From positions 6,701 through 70,700 of the forward strand of contig CAMYJI010000004.1 in NCBI GenBank assembly GCA_947258545.1: 64,000 nt of DNA, written 5' to 3'. The notes beneath the pieces were generated by a model, which saw only the letters and a program-made list of their open reading frames with translations, was not told the origin of the DNA and ran no database searches. The stretch is from an uncultured Ectothiorhodospiraceae bacterium. GTDB taxonomy: Bacteria > Pseudomonadota > Gammaproteobacteria > UBA9214. How positions within the stretch are numbered: position 1 is the stretch's first letter; each line of letters begins with the position of its first letter. The translations under genes were made by a program, and so were the position numbers. This document shows, one piece after another, positions 19,511-30,360 of the stretch.

Positions 19511-20877
19511 GTAATCCGGACAAGACATTGCTGGTGGTGGAAGATGACCCCGGCCTGCAGAAGGCCCTGCGCTGGGCCTTCAGCGAGTTCGAGGTGGTCA
19601 CTGCCGAGGACCGCAACAGCGCCATCGCCCAGCTGCGCCGCCACGAACCCCAGATCGTCACCCTCGACCTGGGGCTGCCGCCGGATTCGGGGGGCGCCAC
19701 GGAGGGGCTGGCGACGCTTGAGGAGATCCTCGGCCTGGCACCGGACACCAAGGTGATCGTGGTCACCGGCAACAACGACCGGGAAAATGCCGTACGCGCC
19801 ATCGGGCTGGGGGCCTGGCTGTTTTTCCAGAAACCGGTGGATGCCGAGCTGCTGAGCTTTATCGTGGAACGCGCCTCTACCCTGTACCAGCTGGAGCAGG
19901 AGAACCGGGCACTGTCGCGGCGCAACATCAAGGAACCGATGGCCGGCATTATCGCGACCAGCCCGCAGATGCTGGAGGCCTGCCGGACGGTCGAGAAGGT
20001 GGCGCCCACGGATGCCACGACGATGTTACTGGGCGAGAGCGGGACCGGCAAGGAACTGCTGGCGCGGGCCCTGCACGATCTCAGCCCCCGTGCCAAAGAA
20101 CGGTTTGTCGCCATCAACTGCGCCGCCATCCCGGATACCCTGCTGGAAAGCGAGCTGTTCGGCTATGAGAAGGGGGCCTTTACCGGCGCGGCCAAGCAGA
20201 CCATCGGCAATATTGAATACGCCGACGGCGGCACCCTGTTCCTGGACGAGGTGGGAGACCTGCCGCTGTCCCTGCAGGCCAAGCTGCTGCGGTTTCTGCA
20301 GGAGCGGATCATTGTCCGCGTCGGCGGGCGCAAGGAGATCCCGGTGGATGTGCGCGTGGTCTCGGCCACCCACCAGGACCTGGCTGAACTGATAGCGCAG
20401 GGCAGCTTCAGGGAGGACCTTTATTACCGGATCAGCGAAATCGAGATCAGGATCCCTGCACTCCGGGAGCGACAGGGCGAGGCCGCGGTCCTGGCCAATT
20501 ACTTCCTGGACAAGGAACGGGAGCAGCAGCACAAGGGCAAGCTTGCATTCAGCCCGGAGGCCCTGGCGGCAATCGACGCCTATACCTGGCCGGGTAATGT
20601 GCGCGAACTGGCCAACAAGGTCAAACGCGCGGTCATCATGGCCGATGGCAATCTGGTGACGGCGCGCGGGCTGGAACTGGCAGAGCCCGAGGGCGATGCC
20701 CAGCCGCTCAACCTGCGAGAAGTGCGGGAGGCCGCCGAAGGCCAGGCCCTGCTACGGGCGCTGAATCACGCCGGGGGCAATGTCTCCCAGGCCGCGACCC
20801 TGCTGGGGATCACCCGGCCCACCTTCTATGCGCTGATCAAGAAATACAAGCTGGATCTCGGCCAGACCGGGACGTAG
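19507..20877 (+). CDS. prsR: PEP-CTERM-box sigma54-dependent response regulator PrsR
   Basis: Receiver (VTLDLGLPPD), AAA+ (GESGTGKE, GAFTGA, WPGNVREL), Fis-type HTH; overlaps the prsK stop. Confidence 0.95.
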   Translation: MSNPDKTLLVVEDDPGLQKALRWAFSEFEVVTAEDRNSAIAQLRRHEPQIVTLDLGLPPDSGGATEGLATLEEILGLAPDTKVIVVTGNNDRENAVRAIGLGAWLFFQKPVDAELLSFIVERASTLYQLEQENRALSRRNIKEPMAGIIATSPQMLEACRTVEKVAPTDATTMLLGESGTGKELLARALHDLSPRAKERFVAINCAAIPDTLLESELFGYEKGAFTGAAKQTIGNIEYADGGTLFLDEVGDLPLSLQAKLLRFLQERIIVRVGGRKEIPVDVRVVSATHQDLAELIAQGSFREDLYYRISEIEIRIPALRERQGEAAVLANYFLDKEREQQHKGKLAFSPEALAAIDAYTWPGNVRELANKVKRAVIMADGNLVTARGLELAEPEGDAQPLNLREVREAAEGQALLRALNHAGGNVSQAATLLGITRPTFYALIKKYKLDLGQTGT

Positions 20878-21239
20878 TGCTGTGGTTCTGTGCTGGCCGA
20901 CTGCAGGGCAGATGCACCAGGCTGGGGACATGGTGCGAGAGAGAACACTATAGGAAACACTAATAGTATGGATGCATCACAACAGGACCACAATTCCCCA
21001 GCCTGTCTTTACCTCGTCGTTGCAGGAGCGACCGCCCAGGCCTCAAGCCTGGCAAGGTGAGCGTCCTCGTGCCGTCAATTGCCCGGTCCGGACGGCTGGC
21101 ATTGTCGCTGCACGGGGAGGTAACGAACACACGGCGGCATTAGGCCAGGTAACACATTTAGTTAGGGACGCAGGAGAAACCGCACCCTGATGGCGGCGAA
21201 TGAAAACGTCACTAAAGCGCGAACGAGGGCAAATCTACC

Positions 21240-23231
21240 ATGCAACAACCCTTCGACTACGATTCCGCCTTTTCCCGCAACATCGGCTGGATTACGGAAA
21301 CCGAACAGGCCCTGCTGAGAACCCGGCGTATTGCCATCGCTGGTCTCGGCGGCGTCGGTGGGAGTCACCTGCTTACACTGACACGCCTGGGCATCGGCAG
21401 ATTCAACATCTCGGACCTGGACAGCTTCGAGCTGGCCAACTTCAACCGCCAGGCCGGGGCCAGCCTGAGCCAGGTGGGTCGCCCGAAGGTGGAGGTACTG
21501 TCGGAGATGGCGCTCGATATCAATCCGGAGCTGCAGATCAACGCATTCCCCGAAGGCGTGAACCAGGAGAACCTCGATCGGTTCCTGGAAGATGTTGACC
21601 TCTACGTGGACGGCCTCGACTTCTTCGCGCTGCAAGCCCGCCGGGCGGTATTTGCCGCCTGTGCGGAGAAAGGCATTCCGGCCATTACCGCCGCGCCGCT
21701 GGGTATGGGGGCGGCACTACTCAACTTCCTGCCGGGCAAGATGACCTTCGAGGAATACTTCCGGCTGGAGGGGCACTCAGAGGACGAACAACTGCTGCGG
21801 TTCCTGCTGGGCCTCTCACCCGCTATGCTGCAGATGCCCTACCTGGTGGACGACAGCCGCGTCGATCTGGCGAACCACAAGGGCCCCTCGACCCCCATGG
21901 CCTGCGAACTCTGTGCCGGGATGGCGGCAACGCATGCGCTGAAGATCCTTCTTAACCGCGGCAACGTGCCGACGGCACCACGGGGGGTGCATCTCGATGC
22001 CTTCCGCAATAAATTGTCGTCTACGTGGCGACCGGGTGGGAATGGTAATCCTATCCAGCGGCTGGGATTGAAGATTGCGAGGAATCGACTATCAGAAAAA
22101 TTAACCATGTCTGTTGAAAGAGAAACCCTTCAGCGGTACGAAACGCCGATTGAAAGGATCCTGGATCTCGCCCGCTGGGCCCCCAGCGGCGACAACACCC
22201 AGCCCTGGCGGTTCGAACTCGTGGATGATACCCGCTTTATTATCCACGCCCACGATACGCGTGACTGGTGCGTCTATGACCTGGATGGCCGGGCGAGTCA
22301 GACGGCCGTGGGCGCCCTGCTGGAGACAATAGCGATTGCCGCTTCGGGCGAGGGGCTGGCTGCAGCGTTTTCCCGCAGGGAGGAATCACCGGAAAACAAT
22401 CCGGTCATCGAGGTAACCCTCTCTGAGTCATCTGCCCCGGAACCAGATCCCCTCCTGCCGTACATCCGCGCAAGGGTCACCCAGCGTCGGGGCTTCTCCA
22501 CCAGGGCGTTGACCGGTGCCCAGAAGAAAGTGCTGGAAGCATCAGTAGGTCCCGGATACCGCATCGTCTGGCTAGAAGGGTGGCAGCGGAAGTGGCAGAT
22601 GGCCAGGCTCCTCTTCCGTAATGCCCGCATACGCCTGACCATCCCCGAGGCCTACGAGGTTCATAAGCGGATAATCCAGTGGGATGCGCAGTTCAGCGAG
22701 GACCGGATCCCTGATCAGGCCGTGGGATTGGACCCGGTTGCACTCAAACTCATGAAATGGGCCATGCAGAGTTGGGGGAGGGTGCAGATGCTGAACCGCT
22801 ATTTTGCAGGCACCTGGATGCCCAGGGTTCAACTGGATCTGATCCCGGCACTTCGATGTGGTGCGCATTTTGCCATTGTCGCCGACAAACCAGTCGTGGA
22901 AATCGACGATTATCTGGCCGGTGGTAGGGCCTTGCAACGATTCTGGTTGACGACAACGAGACTGGGACTGCAGTTTCAGGCGGAAATGACGCCGTTAATC
23001 TTTTCTCGTTATACAGCGGTGTCAAGAAAATTTACAGTGGAAGAAAGGGCGATGAAAATGGCCACGGTGTTGGCGGCAGAATTAGTCGATCTGTTCGGCG
23101 ATGATTCGGTCTCCTGTAGCGTGTTCATGGGCCGCATGGGGAGCGGGAATGCACCGTTTTCGCGTTCCGTACGGCGAACAATATCGAATCTGTTCCTGCC
23201 AAGAATCAACCTAGGGCGTTCGTTGAAATAG
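21240..23231 (+). CDS. ThiF-like adenylyltransferase / nitroreductase di-domain enzyme (OxzB oxazolone synthetase architecture)
   Basis: N-terminal AFSRNIG..IAGLGGVGG..DLDSFELANFNRQ..DGLDFF (ThiF); C-terminal ARWAPSGDNTQPWRF..GRALQRFWL (nitroreductase). Confidence 0.88.
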   Translation: MQQPFDYDSAFSRNIGWITETEQALLRTRRIAIAGLGGVGGSHLLTLTRLGIGRFNISDLDSFELANFNRQAGASLSQVGRPKVEVLSEMALDINPELQINAFPEGVNQENLDRFLEDVDLYVDGLDFFALQARRAVFAACAEKGIPAITAAPLGMGAALLNFLPGKMTFEEYFRLEGHSEDEQLLRFLLGLSPAMLQMPYLVDDSRVDLANHKGPSTPMACELCAGMAATHALKILLNRGNVPTAPRGVHLDAFRNKLSSTWRPGGNGNPIQRLGLKIARNRLSEKLTMSVERETLQRYETPIERILDLARWAPSGDNTQPWRFELVDDTRFIIHAHDTRDWCVYDLDGRASQTAVGALLETIAIAASGEGLAAAFSRREESPENNPVIEVTLSESSAPEPDPLLPYIRARVTQRRGFSTRALTGAQKKVLEASVGPGYRIVWLEGWQRKWQMARLLFRNARIRLTIPEAYEVHKRIIQWDAQFSEDRIPDQAVGLDPVALKLMKWAMQSWGRVQMLNRYFAGTWMPRVQLDLIPALRCGAHFAIVADKPVVEIDDYLAGGRALQRFWLTTTRLGLQFQAEMTPLIFSRYTAVSRKFTVEERAMKMATVLAAELVDLFGDDSVSCSVFMGRMGSGNAPFSRSVRRTISNLFLPRINLGRSLK

Positions 23232-23441
23232 TGAAAATGCTATTTAATTGGTGATTACGTCGGTGTCGGAAGGCGTATCCTGCTATGCGCGCATTGATCG
23301 GTAAACGGGATTGCTGGAACTGGGTACCGAGCGGTTGCCTGTCGCGAAGTTCGTGCACAATGGGTTGATCCTCGGCGACGGGCGACGTCGTCTAGCGGAC
23401 AGATACCATGCATGCGAGCCATAAAGTCCTAGGGATAATAC

Positions 23442-23548
23442 CGTCAGTCTTTTTTACAATCTTATGAGTTCGGCAATCACCAGGGCGCGAATAAGATAAA
23501 ATAATACATATAAAACAGTAAAGTAGAAATTTTGGCACATGTCGTGCT
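23442..23548 (+). promoter_or_regulatory. PrsR-type box plus sigma54 promoter of PEP-CTERM gene 1
   Basis: CGTCAGTCTTTTTTACA (23442-23458); TGGCACATGTCGTGCT (23533-23548) with correct GG-N10-GC spacing. Confidence 0.75.
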
Positions 23549-23619
23549 TCTATATAAAGCAAAAATGTTAAAGTAAACACGGCTTAAGTCATGGCTGATC
23601 TAGTAGAGGAGATATCACA

Positions 23620-24645
23620 GTGGATACAAAAATATTACGTGACACATTGTTATTGGGTGCGATCTCTGTTGGCTTGATCGCTCCGGCACAAGCCACGACG
23701 CTGTTACTTAACGATTGGACATTGGACTTAACCGGTCTTGCTGAAGGGCTCGATGGCGGATTTTTAAGCACAGAACAACAGCACATCGTAACCGATATTT
23801 CACAAATCACCTTTTTGAGCGTGTTTCATTCGGTTACCAGTGACACGGTTACTGCCGACGGGCTCCCTACGGTGGGTGAAACCTTCCGTGTAACAGCGGG
23901 AGGTACTGGAACTGATTTCTTTGATGCTTCCAACACAAATGTATCGCCAACACTGTTTGGCTCGATACTAACAATACCGGGGAATACCCAAGCCGATGGA
24001 TCCGGCTCCGCCGTTGCCTTGGACGGATGGGAATTCACCTTCACGTTTGATATCAACGGCCAATACACCAATATTGACGGGCAGGACGCGAATTTCACCC
24101 ACCTTTCCGCAGCAGATTACTCCGGCACCGATGCAGGAACCGGTCAGCTGAAGCTGTACATCGATAATATCACCGATGGATCAGAAGCTACCTTGAACAG
24201 CCTTAACCAGAATGTGACAAATGGCACTTTGATCGCCACATTCGATGTGCGGTCCGGTGACGGCGGTGTTTTTGATTTTGGAGTCGGCGATGGTTCTGAC
24301 GACGCAACATTTGAGCTGGTCTCGGCATTAGCGGGAGTATTATTTGACGCGGATGGCAATGATCTCTCCTTGCTTACGGGTGATCCCATTTTAATCGGTG
24401 TCACGGACTCTAACTTTGATGCAAGTCCTGAGAACCCAGATGGAGGGGGCTTTGTGTTTGCTCCACAAGCCTTTGAATGCAATACACTGACTCTAAGTGC
24501 AATAAATTTCTGTGGGGAAGAAGATGGAAGCTTCCGCATCGGAACGCAAATACCCGAGCCTGCAACTATCGCCCTTTTAGGGATGGGATTCCTGGGGCTC
24601 GGAGGCGCAGCAGTCCGCCGTAAGAGAAAGGCGGCAACTCAATAA
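23620..24645 (+). CDS. PEP-CTERM sorting domain protein 1 (possibly flocculation-associated PepA-like)
   Basis: Signal peptide (..APAQA); Asp/Thr/Gly-rich body; C-terminal IPEPATIALLGMGFLGLGGAAVRRKRK; AGGAG RBS. Confidence 0.93.
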   Translation: MDTKILRDTLLLGAISVGLIAPAQATTLLLNDWTLDLTGLAEGLDGGFLSTEQQHIVTDISQITFLSVFHSVTSDTVTADGLPTVGETFRVTAGGTGTDFFDASNTNVSPTLFGSILTIPGNTQADGSGSAVALDGWEFTFTFDINGQYTNIDGQDANFTHLSAADYSGTDAGTGQLKLYIDNITDGSEATLNSLNQNVTNGTLIATFDVRSGDGGVFDFGVGDGSDDATFELVSALAGVLFDADGNDLSLLTGDPILIGVTDSNFDASPENPDGGGFVFAPQAFECNTLTLSAINFCGEEDGSFRIGTQIPEPATIALLGMGFLGLGGAAVRRKRKAATQ

Positions 24646-24674
24646 AATAACTCAGTAATCGAAAACGTTTGTAG

Positions 24675-24705
24675 GAAGGGGAGGCGCCGCGAGGTGCCTC
24701 TCTTC
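24675..24705 (+). terminator. Hairpin after PEP-CTERM gene 1
   Basis: GAAGGGGAGGCGCC-GCGA-GGTGCCTCTCTTC; no clear U-tract. Confidence 0.45.
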
Positions 24706-24941
24706 GCATGCGTCGCCCATACCCCGAGACTTACGGGGATCACCTCCACACTTCCTCAATCAACAGTAGAGCGGCTCCAGGACCCGCAACAGAAGCATCG
24801 CTACCCCATTCGACACGACGTAAATAAAAAGACCTACAATAGGGATGCAGCACGCACCGAATAAGATTAAGCTAGGCCTCGGCAGTAGAGAGCGCCGGCT
24901 ATCCAGCCTACTATTTTAGGTTTTTCGCATAAGATGACAAT

Positions 24942-25823
24942 ATGCCGAGTGTAAGTGTCCTCTTGACGGTCTTGCGTGAACTGACCACCAATGAACGCAG
25001 TCCTCGTGTTAACGAACCTGATCTCGTCATGGACGATCCGGAGAAGGTTGCGGCCTATACCCGTGCCGGCCGGGAAGACGGGGTCATGGCGCCGGTCTAT
25101 CTTTATCACTGCGCCCAGATCTGTGAAGTGATTCGCCCAGGTGATACAGTGATCGATCTCGGATGCGGACCCGCCACCCAGCTGGCCATGGTAGCCCGGC
25201 TCAATCCCGAAACTCAATTTATTGGCCTGGACCTCTCGCGCGAAATGTTGCAGCGAGCTCAAAGTCATGTGGAAGAACAAGACCTCAACAACGTCGAGCT
25301 ACGACAAGCAGATATAACTGACCTGGCATTTCTCCAGGAAAACAGCGTGGAGGCAGTCATATCGACAATGGTCCTGCACCACCTTCCTAACGTTGATGCC
25401 TTGGGGAAAACCTTTGCTGAGATCGGTCGCGTGTTAAAACCATACGGTGGGCTTTATCTGGTTGATTTCGGACACTTGAGATCTGAGAAGTCGATTAACT
25501 ACTTCGCCTACCAGTACGTTGATCGACAGCCCGAGTTGTTCACGCTCGATTACCTTTACTCGCTACGCGCGGCCTTCCAGCGCGATGAGTTCAAGCGGTT
25601 AGCGGAAAAATATCTATCCGGTCACACGCGCATCTACTCCACTTTCCTAATGCCGTTCATGGTAGCGATAAAGAGCCCTCCCCGTGCCAACGGCGATCCA
25701 CAAGTAAGAGAACGATTGGCACATATAAAGTCTCGACTGCCCGACTACCACAAAACCGATCTGTTGGATTTGTGCACCTTTTTCCGGCTCGGCGGACTGA
25801 AGAGTGCGCTATTATTCCCTTAA
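24942..25823 (+). CDS. Class I SAM-dependent methyltransferase
   Basis: VIDLGCGPA, IGLDLS.EML, STMVLHH, RVLKPYGGLYLVD; N-terminal RVNEPDLVMDD. Confidence 0.9.
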   Translation: MPSVSVLLTVLRELTTNERSPRVNEPDLVMDDPEKVAAYTRAGREDGVMAPVYLYHCAQICEVIRPGDTVIDLGCGPATQLAMVARLNPETQFIGLDLSREMLQRAQSHVEEQDLNNVELRQADITDLAFLQENSVEAVISTMVLHHLPNVDALGKTFAEIGRVLKPYGGLYLVDFGHLRSEKSINYFAYQYVDRQPELFTLDYLYSLRAAFQRDEFKRLAEKYLSGHTRIYSTFLMPFMVAIKSPPRANGDPQVRERLAHIKSRLPDYHKTDLLDLCTFFRLGGLKSALLFP

Positions 25824-26063
25824 ACAAAGGAAAGCCTTAATCTCTGATCAGACTGCTCGACAAACACTGGCGGGGCACTACTTCAGAGCCAATAGGTGAG
25901 CAGATCAAGCCCATTATTTTGAGACAGGCTAAAAGGTTACATGGGCCCCTGCAATAGTAAAGTTACGGGCTATTTTCTTCACATTTATCGCTCAGTCACG
26001 TACTGGGCACTTCGAATATAATTACCATATATTTACGTTTGATCCGCAGGACGGGATATTATT

Positions 26064-28838
26064 ATGAACATTATTTTTAAGGGATTACTGGGTCTATGTG
26101 TGATTTGGTTGTCTATCGCCTGTAGTGGCAGCCTCACTGATGCGCAACACGTGGAAAGAGCCCAGGATTACTTTGACCGGGGTGAACTGAAGACGGCCAC
26201 TATCGAACTTAAGAATGCCTTGATGCAGAACCGTGAAAACGCCCAGGCCCGCTGGCTGCTGGGTAAACTGTATCTTGAAGTTGGCAATGCTGCGGGAGCA
26301 GAAAAGGAGTTGCGGTATGCCAGCAAATTCGGCGTAGTGGATGGCGCGGTACTGCCCTTGTTGGCTCGGGCACTTCTGGCTCAGGGCAAGCATGATGACC
26401 TACAGGCGCTATCCTTGGCAAATCTCGCGGCCAAGGACCAGAAAGCCGTGGTCCTGGCTGTTAAGGGGCTTGGCAAGCTCGTTCAAGGGGAAGTCGATGG
26501 GGCCGCAGAGCAGATCGAGGAGGCAGTATCGCTGAACCCCCAATCGGCTTATGTGCGCGTGGCCAAGGCGCGCCTGTTGGCGGCAAAACGGGAAGATGAC
26601 CTTGCTCGCAAGGAACTGGACCAGGTCTTTTTGCTGGATGCCGATTATGCGCTGGCCTGGAGTCTGCAGGGTGACCTGGAAAGCCGGGACAAGAATCTGG
26701 CGGAGGCGGAGGCGGCCTATACAAAGGCCGTGGAAATGCGCGCGAACAGCCGTTCCGATTTGCTGAAACGGGCGCAGGTCCGCATCCAGCAGAAAAAGTA
26801 TGAGGCCGCCCAGGAGGATATCGATGTCCTGAAAAAGCGGGCCCCGCGACATGCAGGCGTCAATTATGCGCAGGGCCTGATTCATTTCCAGAAGAACCGC
26901 TTGCCAGAGGCCAAGGAAGCCTTTGATCTCACGTTAGCGGTTAATAATCGCCACCTGCAAGCCATGTATTACTTAAGTCTGACCCATCTGCGCCTGGGCA
27001 ACCTGGAACAGGGCGAAGAATACGGCAACCGGTTTCTCGCGGCGGCCCCTCTCTCCATTGCTGGTCGCAAGCTCATGGCAACCATAGAACTCGGAAACCG
27101 GCAATATGCTGTGGCAGAGCAACTGATACGCCCGGTTGTGGCCTCCCGGGAAGATGATATGGCGGCCCTCAATTTACTGGCCTTTGCTGTTTTTAAACAA
27201 AACAAAACGGACGAGGCGGTTGAACTGCTGGGAAAAGCGGCCAGGCTGCAGCCGGATTCCGCCGTTGCTCAATTTCTATTGGGAGCAGGCCTGCTGGCGG
27301 CTGGGAAGCAGGCCGAGGGGATTGAGCATATTGAAAAAGCCCTCGAGTTGGAGCCCCAGTTTCAGCAAGCAGATGTCCTGTTGGTTCAGAACTACCTGGA
27401 GCAGAAGGAGTTCGCCAAGGCCTTTAATGCGGCGCAGGCCTATCGGAATCGCCACCCGGACAGCTCGGCCCCCTATAATTTTATTGGACAATTACAGCTT
27501 GTTTCCGGACAGGAGACGAAAGCCAAACAAGCCTTCGAGCGTGCCCGCGAGATTGCACCGGGTGATCCGGAGGCCAGTCACAGCCTGGCAGAACTGGCCA
27601 TCAGTAAAAAGGACTACCAGGAAGCCCGCAGCTATTACCAAAATGTGCTGGAGCACCACGAGAACCACCTCTCGACCCTATTGAAACTGGCTGTCCTAGA
27701 TGCGCTGGAGAAAAAGAAGCAGCCCATGGTGGTGCATCTCCAGCAGGCGGTATTGGCACACCCACAAGCACTCCAGCCGAAGGTGTTGTTGGCCCGCTAC
27801 TATCTGACTCAGGGCCAGCTCGCGGAGGTGCAGGCGCTCATGATTGGATTGAGCAATAAGCAAAGGTACACACCCGCTGTTCTCGAAGTGATGGCGCTGT
27901 ACCAGTTGGTGCAGAAGCAATATTCCGAGGCGAAGAACAGTCTGGAACAGTTGATCGAGCAACAACCCAATTCCGCTCAGATTCATATCCTGTTGGCGCA
28001 GGCATACGCGGGTTTGGGAGAACGCGCCGGCCTTAAGGGGGAACTGGAGAAAACCATTGAATTGATGCCAAGGCACTTTGCTGCCCGTCTGGCGCTGGCC
28101 CGGCTGATGTTGCTGGAAGGGCAGAGAGATAAGGTCGATGAGCAGCTTGCGGTGCTCAACGAGCTTTCCCCCGAACACCCCGACGTATTGCTGCTAAAAG
28201 CTGAGTTGGCACGGGTTCAGGGTGACCAGAAGACAGCAACGGGCCTGCTGGAGGATGTGTTTGAAAAGTCACCCAGTACTGCCAGTATGCTTTCTGTCGC
28301 CCGTCAGAAATGGGCCACGGGCGATCAGATGGCGGCATTGGAATTGCAGGAACAGTGGACGGTGGAGCATCCGGATGATCTAGTCGCACCACTGGCGTTG
28401 GCAGGCGCCTACCTCCAGCAAGATCAAGTCCAACGGGCAATTGCTCAATTTCAGCGGGTGTTGGAGAAAGAGGAGCAGAATGTTGTTGCGCTCAACGAGC
28501 TCGCATGGCATCTGCGCGATAAGGAGCCTGCGAAGGCGTTGGAGTATGCGGAACGTGCTGCCGAACTCGCGCCGGAATCTGCTGAAGTGATGGATACGCT
28601 TGCGATGGTCTTGTTGAAAAACGGTGACATTGTGCGCGCAAAACGGAACATAGAGCGGGCACTGGCAAAAAAGCCGAAAAAACCTGTTTTTCATTATCAC
28701 GGTGCTATGATAGATGCAGCCGCAGGGGATAAGGCATCTGCGATCGAGGCGTTGGAATCTCTGCTGAGTGAGGGCAGCGATTTTTCTGAAAAGGCGGAGG
28801 CGCAGCAGTTGTTGGCCGAACTGCAGGCGGGCGGTTGA
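26064..28838 (+). CDS. prsT: PEP-CTERM system TPR-repeat lipoprotein PrsT (copy 1)
   Basis: Lipobox SIAC; ATIELKNAL..ARWLLGKLYL..AEKEL; many TPRs; ALNELAW, DTLA near the C-terminus. Confidence 0.9.
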   Translation: MNIIFKGLLGLCVIWLSIACSGSLTDAQHVERAQDYFDRGELKTATIELKNALMQNRENAQARWLLGKLYLEVGNAAGAEKELRYASKFGVVDGAVLPLLARALLAQGKHDDLQALSLANLAAKDQKAVVLAVKGLGKLVQGEVDGAAEQIEEAVSLNPQSAYVRVAKARLLAAKREDDLARKELDQVFLLDADYALAWSLQGDLESRDKNLAEAEAAYTKAVEMRANSRSDLLKRAQVRIQQKKYEAAQEDIDVLKKRAPRHAGVNYAQGLIHFQKNRLPEAKEAFDLTLAVNNRHLQAMYYLSLTHLRLGNLEQGEEYGNRFLAAAPLSIAGRKLMATIELGNRQYAVAEQLIRPVVASREDDMAALNLLAFAVFKQNKTDEAVELLGKAARLQPDSAVAQFLLGAGLLAAGKQAEGIEHIEKALELEPQFQQADVLLVQNYLEQKEFAKAFNAAQAYRNRHPDSSAPYNFIGQLQLVSGQETKAKQAFERAREIAPGDPEASHSLAELAISKKDYQEARSYYQNVLEHHENHLSTLLKLAVLDALEKKKQPMVVHLQQAVLAHPQALQPKVLLARYYLTQGQLAEVQALMIGLSNKQRYTPAVLEVMALYQLVQKQYSEAKNSLEQLIEQQPNSAQIHILLAQAYAGLGERAGLKGELEKTIELMPRHFAARLALARLMLLEGQRDKVDEQLAVLNELSPEHPDVLLLKAELARVQGDQKTATGLLEDVFEKSPSTASMLSVARQKWATGDQMAALELQEQWTVEHPDDLVAPLALAGAYLQQDQVQRAIAQFQRVLEKEEQNVVALNELAWHLRDKEPAKALEYAERAAELAPESAEVMDTLAMVLLKNGDIVRAKRNIERALAKKPKKPVFHYHGAMIDAAAGDKASAIEALESLLSEGSDFSEKAEAQQLLAELQAGG

Positions 28839-29213
28839 TTGCAGAGGTTGCCCATGCTTCTTTGTGTGTTAGCGGTTCGTTGAAATTTTCCGGACGAGGC
28901 ATGTGCTTGGTACCGTGCCTGGGCCGGTAATCTGGACCTGGTGATATGCCAGAATTCCCCGCCAATGAGAAGCTGTTTCTCGATGGACTATCGGTGTGTG
29001 ACCTGTTTGATCGTATCCATCTGAAATTAATATAATAAATACTATTCTAAGGGCATGAGTCGAAGGCCTGAGAAACAATTATTTGTTGTTGACTAAGTTC
29101 CTGCACATGCCGGCCGATGTATATCAATAGTATTTGATAAACGGTGTGCGAGGCGGGCTGCAAGGGGCAGATCTGAATTGGCCTCGTGATCGCCGTGTGG
29201 CTGGTACCGGGAC

Positions 29214-29993
29214 ATGGTCAATATGCGCGAATTATTCTATCGGTATTTCGATGTCATCTGTAATGATGAACAGGATGTCCTTGATGAGGCACTCCAGCTT
29301 CGCTACCAGGTTTACTGCCTCGAGCAAGGCTTCGAGGAGGCATCCCGGTTCCCTGACGGCAGGGAGTCGGACGGGTTTGATGGGCGCGCGGTCCACAGTA
29401 TTGTGCGTCACCTCGATTCAGGCCTGACCGCTGCGACTGTCAGGCTGGTGCTGCCGGATCCGAATGAACCGGAAGCACTCTTTCCCATAGAAGAGAACTG
29501 CGCAGCTTCGATTCAGTCAGCCGCCTCGCTGGTGCAGGGGGTCCCGCGGGCATCGATAGCGGAGATATCCCGGTTTGCGGTTTCCAAGGAATTCAAGCGC
29601 CGGCTCGGGGAGAAGGGCTCCGTGGCCGGGATAGGCCCGGACCCGGGTGTGTATGTCAGACCTGACCCGAAAAAGGTCCGGCAGCTGCCGCACCTGATAT
29701 TGGGTCTGTTCGCCGCCATTGTGAAAATGAGTGCTCAACACAATGTCACGCACTGGTATGCCGTGATGGACGTGTCCCTGCTGCGCCTGTTGTCCCGCTT
29801 TGGCATCCGCTTTTTGCCCATGGGTGAACAGGTGGATTACCATGGTTTTCGCCAACCGTGTTTCGGCAGCATCGATGCAGTGCTCGCCGGTATATGGGAA
29901 AAACGTCCGGACATCTGGCAGCTGATCACGGCCGATGGCAGCGTGTGGCCGGCGCCGGCGACTGCCAGTCGGGATGCGTGTGCTGGCGGATAA
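29214..29993 (+). CDS. PEP-CTERM/exosortase-associated acyltransferase (N-acyl amino acid synthase, FeeM/TIGR03694-like), copy 1
   Basis: LRYQVYCLE, ESDGFD, TVRLVLP, AEISRFAV, WYAVMD..LLRLL, VDYHGFRQP. Confidence 0.9.
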   Translation: MVNMRELFYRYFDVICNDEQDVLDEALQLRYQVYCLEQGFEEASRFPDGRESDGFDGRAVHSIVRHLDSGLTAATVRLVLPDPNEPEALFPIEENCAASIQSAASLVQGVPRASIAEISRFAVSKEFKRRLGEKGSVAGIGPDPGVYVRPDPKKVRQLPHLILGLFAAIVKMSAQHNVTHWYAVMDVSLLRLLSRFGIRFLPMGEQVDYHGFRQPCFGSIDAVLAGIWEKRPDIWQLITADGSVWPAPATASRDACAGG

Positions 29994-30252
29994 CATGTGA
30001 CCTGGCCCGGCAATTAGTGTATTTCCCTCCGGCCACCAGCCAAATTTCTTCTGAACCTGTACCGTCTCCAATCGGAGACAAACTTACCTAAATCAAATCA
30101 GTTAGATAACGCATTTAGCAACCGGTGCGTCGTTAGTCAGTGACAATTCCAGCCTGTTAAAGGCCTTATCTACCTGCTAGTATAAGCGACCTTCAAGATA
30201 CTAATAATCTAAGCGACTGATCGAACAGTAAAAAATAATTAAATTATATTTC

Positions 30253-30268
30253 TGGCACGGTCATTGCA
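30253..30268 (+). promoter_or_regulatory. Consensus sigma54 promoter of acyltransferase copy 2
   Basis: TGGCACGGTCATTGCA matches TGGCACG-N4-TTGCW, preceded by an AT-rich tract. Confidence 0.8.
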
Positions 30269-30360
30269 GCCATATGGTAGGAGCGACCGTTGTCCAGGCT
30301 GGGGCGATACAACGCCGACCGCTCCAGGCTTGAATTCTTCTATTGGGGGTGCACTGGCAC

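Noticed and set aside
20944-20965. ACACTA direct repeats upstream of the ThiF-nitroreductase gene (similar words at 15627 and 15774)
   Set aside because: Too short and AT-rich to separate from chance without a statistical test.
21240-23231. ThiF protein as an anti-phage E1 enzyme or RiPP maturase
   Set aside because: No E2, JAB, ubiquitin-like, cyclase or YcaO gene and no clear precursor peptide nearby; the nitroreductase fusion and nearby acyltransferases fit OxzB better.
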